From: Candidatus Tumulicola sp.
GTDB taxonomy: Bacteria; Vulcanimicrobiota; Vulcanimicrobiia; Eremiobacterales; Eremiobacteraceae
Direction: 5' to 3'
Length of the DNA: 64,000 nt
Assembly (NCBI GenBank): GCA_035601835.1
Contig: DATNNM010000018.1
Span: forward strand, 133,890-197,889
Below the pieces are notes generated by a model. It was not told the DNA's origin and searched no databases. It saw only the letters and a list, made by a program, of their open reading frames with translations. Of this stretch, positions 54,232 to 63,900 are shown in pieces. Each line of letters opens with the position of its first letter. The first letter of the stretch is position 1. A program made the translations under genes and the position numbers.

Positions 54232-54238
54232 TCGAACC

Positions 54239-54310
<72 letters not shown>

Positions 54311-54311
54311 T

Positions 54312-54337
54312 TGTAACAGCGGACCTTTAGGTTCGCT
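54312..54337 (+). repeat. REP-like hairpin unit (degenerate head TGTAA)
   Basis: TGTAACA-GCGGACC-TTTA-GGTTCGC. Confidence 0.4.
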
Positions 54338-54392
54338 CGGCCTTAAATCTTCCTTCGTTGACGGGCATTTCCTGTGATGCTACACTCTGGAG

Positions 54393-54896
54393 GTGGCCGT
54401 GCAGCCTTCATCTGCGCCGCAGATCGATCCGTTCAAATTCCAAGATTTCGTTCGCCGTATGCGCGACGGTCAAAATCTCGGATTGGGATTTTTGGGCGGG
54501 CTCATCGGCGGCTTGATCGGCGCCATCTTGTGGGCGATCATCACCGCGCTCAGCAACTACGAACTCGGCATCATGGCCATCGGCGTCGCGTTCCTCGTCG
54601 GCTTCGGCGTTCGCACGCTCGGCAAGGGCGTCGATAAGACGTTCGGCTACCTCGGCGCTGTCTTGTCGCTTCTGAGTTGTGCCGCCGGCAGCTTCTTAGC
54701 GGCTGTAGCGATCGCCTCGCGCCAACAACACGTCGACTTCCTGTTCGCCCTGGCGCGACTCACGCCGCATGCGTTCGATATTTTGAAGGACAGCTTCACC
54801 TTCATCGATCTTATCTTCTATGCCGTGGCGCTCTACTTCGGCTACCGTTACTCGTTCCGGCAGATCACGCATGCGGAGCTGGCCAACCTCACCTGA
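54393..54896 (+). CDS. Hypothetical integral membrane protein
   Basis: 167 aa with four Gly-rich hydrophobic segments; no motif recognised. Confidence 0.55.
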   Translation: MAVQPSSAPQIDPFKFQDFVRRMRDGQNLGLGFLGGLIGGLIGAILWAIITALSNYELGIMAIGVAFLVGFGVRTLGKGVDKTFGYLGAVLSLLSCAAGSFLAAVAIASRQQHVDFLFALARLTPHAFDILKDSFTFIDLIFYAVALYFGYRYSFRQITHAELANLT

Positions 54897-54935
54897 AAGG
54901 GCCCATTCTTGAGCGGCGCGAAACCGCTCGTCCGC

Positions 54936-55010
54936 GGGCGCGTAGCTCAGGGGTAGAGCACTACATTGACACTGTAGGGGTCAGAGGTTCGAGACCTCTC
55001 GCGCCCACCA
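54936..55010 (+). tRNA. tRNA-Val (anticodon GAC), CCA encoded
   Basis: Manual cloverleaf: GGGCGCG acceptor, anticodon loop UUGACAC, T-arm AGAGG-TTCGAGA-CCTCT. Confidence 0.9.
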
Positions 55011-55265
55011 TCGGAAACCTTGATGCCGCGGACCTCCGTGGCTTTTTCATCCGGTGTGGTACCCTTACCACTATCCGAAAATGCTGACAGATGCTGACCG
55101 AATTTTGACCGCATTGCGGCGTCGACTTTGGTCGCCGCGCTCACGTCTAGCGCCGGCACGACGTGACTGTAAACGTCAAGCGTCATACGAGTTGTGCTGT
55201 GGCCAAGGCGATCCGCAACTACTTTGGGGTGAATGCCTTCGCTCAGCATTTCAGTCGCTGCGGTG
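55011..55265 (-). pseudogene. Tyrosine recombinase C-terminal remnant (copy 1)
   Basis: AATEMLSEGIHPKVVADRLGHSTTRMTLDVYSH (catalytic Tyr region). Homology to copy 2 stops at 55265, where Rhs sequence begins. Confidence 0.75.
55025..55047 (+). terminator. Intrinsic terminator after tRNA-Val(GAC)
   Basis: GCCGCGG-ACCT-CCGTGGC followed by TTTTT. A perfect-stem copy recurs at 60613..60635. Confidence 0.6.
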
Positions 55266-58200
55266 GATGCCAACAATCGGATCAAGACCGTGACGAGCAA
55301 TCCGACCGGCGTCTCACTGGTTTTTACCTACGACAGCGGGACCAACTGCGGCACGGGTGATCTCTGCTCGGCTCAGGAGTCAGACGGAAAGATTTGGAGC
55401 TATCAGTATCAGGATTTGGGGCCAAATCCGGGTGATCAGCACAACCTCACTCGGGTCACCGATCCGCTCGGGCACGTAGTAGAGCAAACCGCTTTCGCGC
55501 AGGTTCTGCAGTTCGGCAACTACTGTTGCATTAGCGTTCCGACGAGCCAGTCGACCGATGGCGGCCAGAATACGCTGACCTTCTCCTACGCCCTTTCGAA
55601 CAATGGGTATAAGACGTGGCTTCATACCACGGTTACCGATGGGCTGAATCGAACGACAGTTTATTATTCCGACAGCATACGCTTTGTGCTCATTAGCGTC
55701 ACGGGGACCATGACCGGCGGTGGCAATCAATCTGTCACCTACAACTACGATCCATACTTCCGCTTGATTTCGCGTGCCGATGGCAATAGCCACGCGACCA
55801 CATATGGCTATGGGCGCGACACAACCGCAAGCGGTCTTGGTTACTCATACATCATCCAAGCCATTCCCGGTCCGAACTCGATCACGGAGCAACTGGCGAG
55901 TGGGCTTAACCGCGTAACGAATATCTCATACTACGCGCTCGGTGACCTGCGACAAGATCTCCCAAACACCATTTCAGTCCCATCCGTCGACACCCCGGGC
56001 AACACGGAAACGATAACGGACACATTCGGCACCAACGGACTACTCACATCGCAAGCGACTCAGGGTTACATCGGGGGTTCCGCAACGACCTACACCACTG
56101 GATTTTCCTACGATACCAAGGGTCGACTTCAGCAGATTACGGGTCCGCGGACCGACGTCGTTCAGCACACCACTGTCGCATACTACCCAGACACTGACTC
56201 CGACATGGCGCGCCGCGGCCAACCCCAAACCATTACCGATGCACTCAGCCATGTCACCACGCTTGCAGCCGATGCAGCTCCTAACAATACGTACAACGTT
56301 TTTGGGAACCCTCTGAGCGTGGCGGACCCCAACGGTGTCGTTACCGACTTGAGCTATGATGCGCGCGGGCGAACGCTTTCCTCAACCATCAAAGGAGTGA
56401 CGGGCGATCCGACAGCGCTGACAACCTCTTACGTTTACGACGCCGCCGGCAGGCTCATCAAAATCATACGACCGTTGCTCAACGGGTTGAGTCTAACCTA
56501 CGATACGAGCAATCGGTTAACGGACATGACCCGGTTCACCGCCAGCACGAATCTCCTGGAGGAACAAATCGTGCTTGGCTACGATGTCATGAGCCAGTTA
56601 ACTTCCCGGCTCGCTCAGGCATGCACGACGCCGGCAGTTTCGTGCAGCGCGTGGAGTACAAAGCAACAAGAGAGCTTCCAGTACGATAGCTTCGGGCGTG
56701 TGAAAGAAATCGACCACCCGGTCCCGAGCGGATCAAAAATACTCTACGGCTACGATTTGGCGGGCAACCTTAACTCAATCCAAGACGAAAATCACAGCAC
56801 GGCGAACTCGACATACAACTATGATTTTGCCAACCGCCTCACCAGCGTCGTGCAGACGTTAGCGGGCGCGCCGGGCAATCAAATTACGACCAGCTTTGGG
56901 TACGACCTACACGACAATCTGAACTCGCTTATCGACCCCAACAGCAATCAGACCACGTACGCCTTCGACGACTTCGATCGGGTAAGGCAGCAGACGTCGC
57001 CGGTGAGCGGAGTCAGCACCTATGCCTATGATCCTGACGACAACCTGCTGACGTTCTCAGACGCCAATGGAGCGATGACCACGCGCAGTTTCGATGCGCT
57101 AGACCGCGTGCTGTCGGCGATGTCTGTGCGCAGCGGGCTCACGACAGAGACCGTGAATTGGGCCTACGACGACGCCACCAGCGGCAACTTCGGCATTGGG
57201 GTCTCAAGAACATCACAGACCCCTCGGGATCGACGACCTATACCTACGACCGGCGCGGGCTGCTCAAAACCGAAGCGCCCACTATCTTGGGCAACGCGTA
57301 TTCTCTGGCCTATGCTTACGACGGCAACGCCAACCGCACGAGCATTACATACCCGGACGCCAACGCCGTCATGTATACCTTTGATTTTGCCGACCGGCCT
57401 CTCTCGGCGACTTTGGGAAGCACGACCTTTGTGTCGAGCGCTACATACGCGCCGTTCGGGCCGCTGACCACCCTTTCGTTCGGGAACGCAAGGACACAGA
57501 CGCTTACTACGACCTCCGCTATCGCCCGACCGAGAACAAGTTGTGTTGCGCGAGACACGGAGCGTCGCTCGCGGACTACACGTATGCCGAGGACGGGGTT
57601 GGCAATATCACGGGAATCACCGACACCGTGAGCACGGGATTCAACCGGACGTTTGCCTACGACGACCTAAATCGGCTGATCACGGCCAATTCTGGCGCCT
57701 CCCTGTGGAATTCCGGCTCCTACACCTACGATTCCATGGGCAACATGAAGACCTTGGGGTTGGGCAGTGCTCGGACGGCGACATTTAGCTATTCAGGCAC
57801 GCTTCCAAAACTAACGTCGGTGACAGAGAACGGCACGCCGCGATCTGTGGCCTACGACGCGGTGGGCAACGAGACGGCTGTGGGCACGGCGACGTATGCC
57901 TATGGCACGCGCAACCAGCTCGAATCGGGCGACGCGCTCACCTACACCTACGACGGTTGGGGGCGGCGGCTTGTGACCTCTGGCAGTTTGGGCACCCGCT
58001 ACTCGTTCTTTACTCCTGGCATGACGTTGCTCTCGGAATCAGCACTGACGATTTCCGGAAGACCTGCGATCGCTTACAAATACATTTGGTTCGCGGGCAG
58101 GCCCATCGCGCAAGTGGACGGCGCGGGCACGCACTGGACCTTCTCCGATCACTTGGGAACGCCTGAGATTCAAACCAATAGTAGCGGCGCGATCGCTTAC

Positions 58201-58848
58201 CAGGCAGAGTACGAACCGTATGGAAAAGTCTTCGCGTTGCGCTCGGGCGACGTGCACCAGCCGCTACGACTGCCAGGCCAAGTGGCGGAACAATTCGACA
58301 CTGGGGCGAATGGTGCGACCGAGCGAAACTATAATGTGTTTCGGTGGTATCGGCCGGGATGGGGTAGGTATTCGCAGGCAGATCCGATTGGGCTAAACGG
58401 CAATTATAATCTTTACCGGTACGTGGAGGACGATCCTGTATCTCTTGATGACCCCTTCGGTCTCAGGCATCTCACGCCGTGCGAAAAGTTAGTGCTCCGT
58501 CCCTACATTCCGCAAATCGACTTGAACAATGCGAATATTCACGAGGGTGAGGTTCCTTGGTGGCTCGGTAAAGACTATGGGGGAGTCACGCTAGAAAATA
58601 ACATCTATTTTCGTCCCGGCGTATATGACCCCACGACCTCTTATGGGTTGGCTCTGCTCGGGCACGAATCGTTTCATGTTGGTCAATACCGAACGGGGAT
58701 GACGCGTGCCGATTATCTGTGGGAAGGATTCTGGCATGGCGGTGGTCAGGAAAATAGGTACGAAAAACCGGCGTACGCCTTGCAACGACGCATCTATTCA
58801 GATTTGGTCAAAGCAGGATTTGAGGGCTGCGAACTATGCGGACGATAA
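55233..58848 (+). pseudogene. Rhs/YD-repeat polymorphic toxin, N-terminally truncated, two frameshifts, DUF4157-like HExxH C-terminal domain
   Basis: YD repeats throughout (YDARGR, YVYDAAGRL, YAYDPDDNL). Reading frame changes at about 57200 and about 57506 relative to copy 2. Core ends at DPVSLDDPFGL (58464). Confidence 0.8.
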
Positions 58849-59312
58849 AATACGCGGCTGCAGCATGTTTGGCAGCGGCGCTGAGTTTCATGGGATGCGC
58901 GCCATCTGTCAACGAGAGTCCTTGGCAGGGGCACGAACCCGTTATTGACGCCTTCTTCCAGCAACCGAGCAAAATTCAAATGTTGACATTCAAGTCCTAT
59001 TCGCTTGACGACCAGTATGCGATATTCTTGTACGGCAACCAAGTCCTCGAACCTCCCGCGATACAGTTAGCGACGGCGTTTGGTGCGGAAGGCCAGCAGG
59101 TTGTCCCATATCTGTCCGCTCATCTTGAGCGCACGTCCCGTGACCTAACAGTCAGGGATTTGGTTTTCGTATTTCGCGAGATGGATCGCCAGAGAGCATA
59201 CAATGTCGGCAAAGACACGACACTGATGAATCTCTTGAGGGAGGCCGTTTCCAAAATGAAGGATCCGGTTTGGAAACGGATTGCTGAGAGAGACTTAGCT
59301 GTTCTCAGATGA
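58836..59312 (+). CDS. Lipoprotein; candidate cognate immunity protein for the DUF4157-like Rhs tip
   Basis: Overlaps the Rhs stop by 13 nt. Lipobox LSFMGC. AT-richer than the Rhs core. Confidence 0.5.
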   Translation: MRTIKYAAAACLAAALSFMGCAPSVNESPWQGHEPVIDAFFQQPSKIQMLTFKSYSLDDQYAIFLYGNQVLEPPAIQLATAFGAEGQQVVPYLSAHLERTSRDLTVRDLVFVFREMDRQRAYNVGKDTTLMNLLREAVSKMKDPVWKRIAERDLAVLR

Positions 59313-59343
59313 GAAAGTTCCATCGCAAAAATTCATCAGGGCG

Positions 59344-59470
59344 GTCTCCGGGTACGACGTCGTGGGTAATCTGCAGACCGTTCAAGACGAGAACCCCTCG
59401 AGCGCCAACACGAAGTACGCGTATGACGCGGCGCATCGTTTGCTCTCAGCCACCCAAACGCTTACCGGCA
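59344..59470 (+). pseudogene. Short Rhs-core fragment (third, diverged copy)
   Basis: VSGYDVVGNLQTVQDENPSSANTKYAYDAAHRLLSATQTLTG parallels YGYDLAGNLNSIQDENHSTANSTYNYDFANRLTSVVQTLAG of the two long copies. Confidence 0.5.
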
Positions 59471-59830
59471 CGTTCAAACTCTTCCTCTCGCCGTATGGCG
59501 GCTTTCGCTCGATGCAGCTTGTCCGTTCCCTAGCCTTCGTTAGCAGTGAGGGCCACCACCGAATTGCGTATGTGTATCATGCCACCTTCGAGAACGGTGA
59601 CTTGCTGTACACCTTTTCCTTTGACAGCGACGGCTTTGTGGGGGGTGTGGCGGCTGGCAGACAAAAGAAGGTCAGTATATTTTTACCGTTAGCGCCTATC
59701 TAAACTCAACACATCGACCCTTTCGGTAACACGGTGTTCAAATCTGTACCGGGCAGTCGAGCTTGTCGCGGGTTTCAACGACCTGCCCTCTTATTGTGAA
59801 TGTTCGCGTTGAAGCGAGAGCGGTAGCACC

Positions 59831-60367
59831 TTGAAGCTGCGAATAGTGGGCCAAACGTCGCTCGGCCTTATGCTGGGGTTCATTCCAGTTGCTCTGTTTT
59901 GGTGGTACTGCACACAGATTAAGGTGCATTATGTCCTAAGTTCGAACATCGAGGGCGAGGGAGTCCTGTGGACATCTTTCTTAATGACGGCGTCATGGAT
60001 GCTGTGTGCCACGCCGGCATATATCGTCGTCTTCAAGCGTCCGGAGAAAGTTTCGCGCTTGGTTGCCCCGTTGCTCTTGGTACTATTGTCGCCCCTATTC
60101 GTGATATCGGCGTTTAACAGCATCGAGCAGATCGTTTGTTATGGAGCCATCGATCACCCGAGGTTGCTCTCTTGGTTTAGAGCGATGTCAGGCGATGTCG
60201 TTTACCTGCTGCTCGCATCTGTGCTAACTTGGCTAATTGGATTCGCGGCGGCAGGTGTTCGCTGGCGAGGTACGCGTGCTGAGCCAGTCCTTGGAATATT
60301 AGCCATGTTGCTAGTCCTCGGCTATGTGATTTTTTGGATCTGGTCCTTGAACCATATCCGTTGGTGA
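59831..60367 (+). CDS. Hypothetical polytopic membrane protein (possible orphan immunity gene)
   Basis: 178-aa ORF with 5 or more hydrophobic helices in AT-richer DNA. Start uncertain (TTG 59831 or ATG 59870). Confidence 0.45.
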   Translation: MKLRIVGQTSLGLMLGFIPVALFWWYCTQIKVHYVLSSNIEGEGVLWTSFLMTASWMLCATPAYIVVFKRPEKVSRLVAPLLLVLLSPLFVISAFNSIEQIVCYGAIDHPRLLSWFRAMSGDVVYLLLASVLTWLIGFAAAGVRWRGTRAEPVLGILAMLLVLGYVIFWIWSLNHIRW

Positions 60368-60553
60368 GGTCACCTTGCCCAAGAGGCGATTTGGCCGGAA
60401 TCGAGGGTTGTAGCATCACAGGAAGGGCGCCCAGATTAACCGAGATAAGTGCTGACCAAATGCTGACCAACAGTCGGATACGGGGGCGAATTCAATAGCA
60501 CTCAACAACACGGGGGCTGCCGCAATCACTCGAAAAGTGTCTTCTTCCGCTCT

Positions 60554-60598
60554 TTGACACTGTAGGGGTCAGAGGTTCGAGACCTCTCGCGCCCACCA
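60554..60598 (+). repeat. 45-bp copy of the tRNA-Val(GAC) 3' part (att repeat)
   Basis: Identical by eye to 54966..55010 (ttgacactgtaggggtcagaggttcgagacctctcgcgcccacca). Confidence 0.85.
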
Positions 60599-60900
60599 TC
60601 AGAAACCATGATGCCGCGGACCTCCGCGGCTTTTTCATCCGCTCCAGCACCCCTATCACTACCCGAAAATGCTGACAGATGCTGACCGAATTTGGACCGC
60701 ATAGCGGTATCCAACTTGAGCGCCGCGCTCGTTTCTAGCGCCGGCACCACGTGACTGTAAACGTCGAGCGTCATGCGCGTTGTACTGTGGCCGAGGCGAT
60801 CTGCTACTACTTTGGGATGAATGCCCTCGCTCAGCATTTCTGTCGCTGCGGTGTGGCGAAGCGAATGTGGGCCGATACTGCCAATGCCAACCCTTACAGC
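60599..60900 (-). pseudogene. Tyrosine recombinase C-terminal remnant (copy 2, longer)
   Basis: GPHSLRHTAATEMLSEGIHPKVVADRLGHSTTRMTLDVYSH (box II plus catalytic Tyr). No N-terminal domain. Confidence 0.75.
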
Positions 60901-60903
60901 TAG

Positions 60904-63900
60904 AACGGGCTCAATCGCTTGACGAATATCTCGTACTACCCGCTCGGTGACCCGCGCCAAGATCTCCCAAACATCATCTCTATCCCGTCCGTCGACACCC
61001 CGGGCAACACGGAAACGATAACGGACACGTTCGGCTCTAACGGACTACTCGCATCGCAAGCGACTCAGGGTTATATCGCGGGTTCCGCCACCGCCTACAC
61101 GACCGGATTTTCCTACGATACCAAGGGTCGGCTTCAGCAGATCACGGGTCCCCGGACCGACGTGGTGCAGCACACGACTGTCGCCTATTACCCAGACAGC
61201 GACACCGACATGGCGCGCCGCGGTCAACCCCAAACAATCACCGATGCACTCAGCCATGTCATCACGCTTGCAGCCGATGCAGCTCCTAACAATACGTACA
61301 GCATTTTTGGGGATCCGCTGAGTGTGGCGGATCCCAACGGCGTCATCACCGACTTGAGCTATGATGCGCGCGGGCGAACGCTTTCCTCAACGATCAAAGG
61401 GGTGACAGGCGATCCGACACCGCTGGCAACCTCCTACGTCTATGACGCCGCGGGCAGGCTCACCAAAATCACACGACCGCTGCTCAACGGGTTGAGCCTG
61501 ACGTACGACACGAGTAATCGGCTGACCGACGTGATACGGTTCACCGCCAGCACGAATCTCCAGGAGGAGCAAATCGTGCTTGGCTACGACGTCACGAGTC
61601 AGTTGACTTCCCAACTCGCTCAAGCATGCACGACGCCAGCGGTTTCGTGCAGCGCGTGGAGTACAAAGCAGCAGGAGACCGTCCAGTATGACAGCTACGG
61701 GCGCGTAAGAGAAATTGACCACCCTTTCCCGAGCGGATCGAAGATCTTGTACGGCTACGATTTGGCCGGGAACCTAAACTCAATCCAAGACGAGAATCAC
61801 AGCACGGCGAACTCGACATACAACTATGATTTTGCCAACCGCCTCACCAGCGTCGTGCAAACGTTGGCAGGTGCGCCGGGCAATCAAATCACGACTAGCT
61901 TCGGGTACGACCTGCACGACAATCTGAACTCGGTTATCGACCCCAACAGCAACCAGACCACGTACGCCTTCGACGACTTTGATCGGGTAAGACAGCAGAC
62001 GTCGCCTGTGAGCGGGGTCAGCAGCTACGCCTACGACCCCGACGACAACCTCCTGACGTTCGCAGACGCCAACGGAGCGATGACCACGCGCACTTTCGAT
62101 GCGCTGGACCGCGTGCTTTCTGCGATGTCTGTGCGCAGCGGTTTCACGACAGAGACCGTGAATTGGGCCTACGACGACGCCACCAACGGCAACTTCGGCA
62201 TCGGGCGCCTCAGGAACATCACCGACCCCTCGGGATCGACAACCTACACCTACGACAGGCGCGGTCTGCTCAAGACCGAAGCGCCCACGATCTTGGGGAA
62301 TGCGTATTCGCAGGCCTATGCGTACGACGGCAACGCCAACCGTACGAGCGTCACCTATCCGGACTCCTCAGTGGTTAATTATACCTTTGATTTCGCGGAC
62401 CGGCCACTATCGGCGACCCTGGGAAGCACGACCTTTGTGTCATCGGCGAGCTACGCGCCGTTTGGGCCGCTGACCAGTCTTTCGTTCGGGAATACAAAAA
62501 CGCAGACGCTCAGCTACGATCTCCGCTATCGCCCGACCGAGAACAAATTGTGTTGCGGGAAACACGGAGTAGCGCTCGCAGACTACACATATGCCGAGGA
62601 CGGGGTTGGCAACATCACGGGCATCACCGACACCGTGAGCACGGGATTCAACCGGACGTTTGGCTATGACGACCTCAATCGCTTGATTACCGCCAATACA
62701 GGCGCTTCGCTGTGGGTCACGGGCTCATACACTTATGACTCCATGGGCAACATGAAGACCTTGGGGCTGGGCGGTTCTCGGACTGCGTCATTCAGCTACT
62801 CAGGAACACTTCCAAGACTCACGTCCGTGACGGAGAACGGCACGCCGCGATCTGTGGCCTACGACGCGGCGGGCAACGAGAGCAACGTGGGCACGGCCAC
62901 GTACGGCTACGGCACGCGCAACTTGCTCGAATCGGGCGACACGCTCACCTACACCTACGATGGCTGGGGGCGGCGTCTTGTGACCTCTGGCAGTCAGGGC
63001 ACCCGCTACTCGTTCTTTAGTCCTGCCACGGCGCTGCTCTCGGAATCGGCGCTGACCATGTCCGGAAGACCTGCTATCGCTTACAAATACATTTGGTTCG
63101 CGGGCAGACCCATCGCGCAAGTGGACGGCGCGGGCACGCACTGGGCCTTTGCCGATCACTTGGGAACGCCGGAGATTCAAACCAATACCAGCGGCACGAT
63201 CACTTACCAAGCAGAGTACGAGCCGTACGGAAGAATCTTTTCGTTGCGCTCGAGCGACGTGCACCAGCCGCTTCGACTGCCGGGCCAGGTGGCGGAGCAA
63301 TTCGACACTGGGGCCAATGGCGCGACGGAGCGTTCATACAACAATTTCCGCTGGTATCGGCCGGGCTGGGGAAGGTATTCTGAGGCGGATCCGCTTGGGT
63401 TGGTCGCTGGAGCGAACGGATATCCTTACGTTTTGGATAATCCCGGCGGGAGAATCGACCCTCTGGGGTTGCACCCCGGACCGAGTATTACGGCGGTGGG
63501 CTATTTCCAGTATGCCCTCGATCCCGTCTACAGGCAGCAGTACAACGACTTGCTACTTGGGGCGGGTATTGTTGGGCTAAATGTGGTTCCCGTCGTTGGT
63601 GAGGTCTTGGATGTCGTTGCCGCGGCCCGGATCGCCGGCCTGGGCGCAGCACTCCTTCGTTTGGAACAATCGGCGCAAGAGGAAGAACCTGGTCCGCTGT
63701 GTCCGAACTCTCCAATTGTAATCGGCGAAAACATGAATCGCGTCCGTGCGGCCGCCGCCGAATTAGGAGCTAGGACCTACTCGGGATTCCCAAACGCAGA
63801 GGGTCTAGCCGGTTCAAACCTTGCGGAGGCGCAACTTTCCCATAACGCCGAGTGGCTTCTTGGAGAACTTCGGGGAGGAAGCACTGTAATAGACATCGGG

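Larger units (their letters stand above)
55011..60598. mobile_element. Integrative-element remnant 1 at tRNA-Val(GAC)
   Basis: Bounded on the left by the full tRNA and on the right by a 45-bp copy of its 3' part (60554..60598). Carries an integrase remnant, an Rhs cassette, an immunity candidate and orphan ORFs. Confidence 0.6.

Noticed and set aside
54211-54238. A T-arm-like sequence (GGTTCGATTCCGAGC on the minus strand) next to tRNA-Val(CAC), considered as a second tRNA remnant or att scar.
   Set aside because: There is no matching acceptor or anticodon part, and no repeat partner in the window. The segment folds as a perfect 8-bp hairpin with a TGTAG head, so it fits the REP family better.
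57195-57510. Programmed ribosomal frameshifting in Rhs copy 1.
   Set aside because: Comparison with copy 2 shows simple one-base deletions at both sites. There is no slippery heptamer or downstream structure, so pseudogenisation or sequencing error is the simpler explanation.
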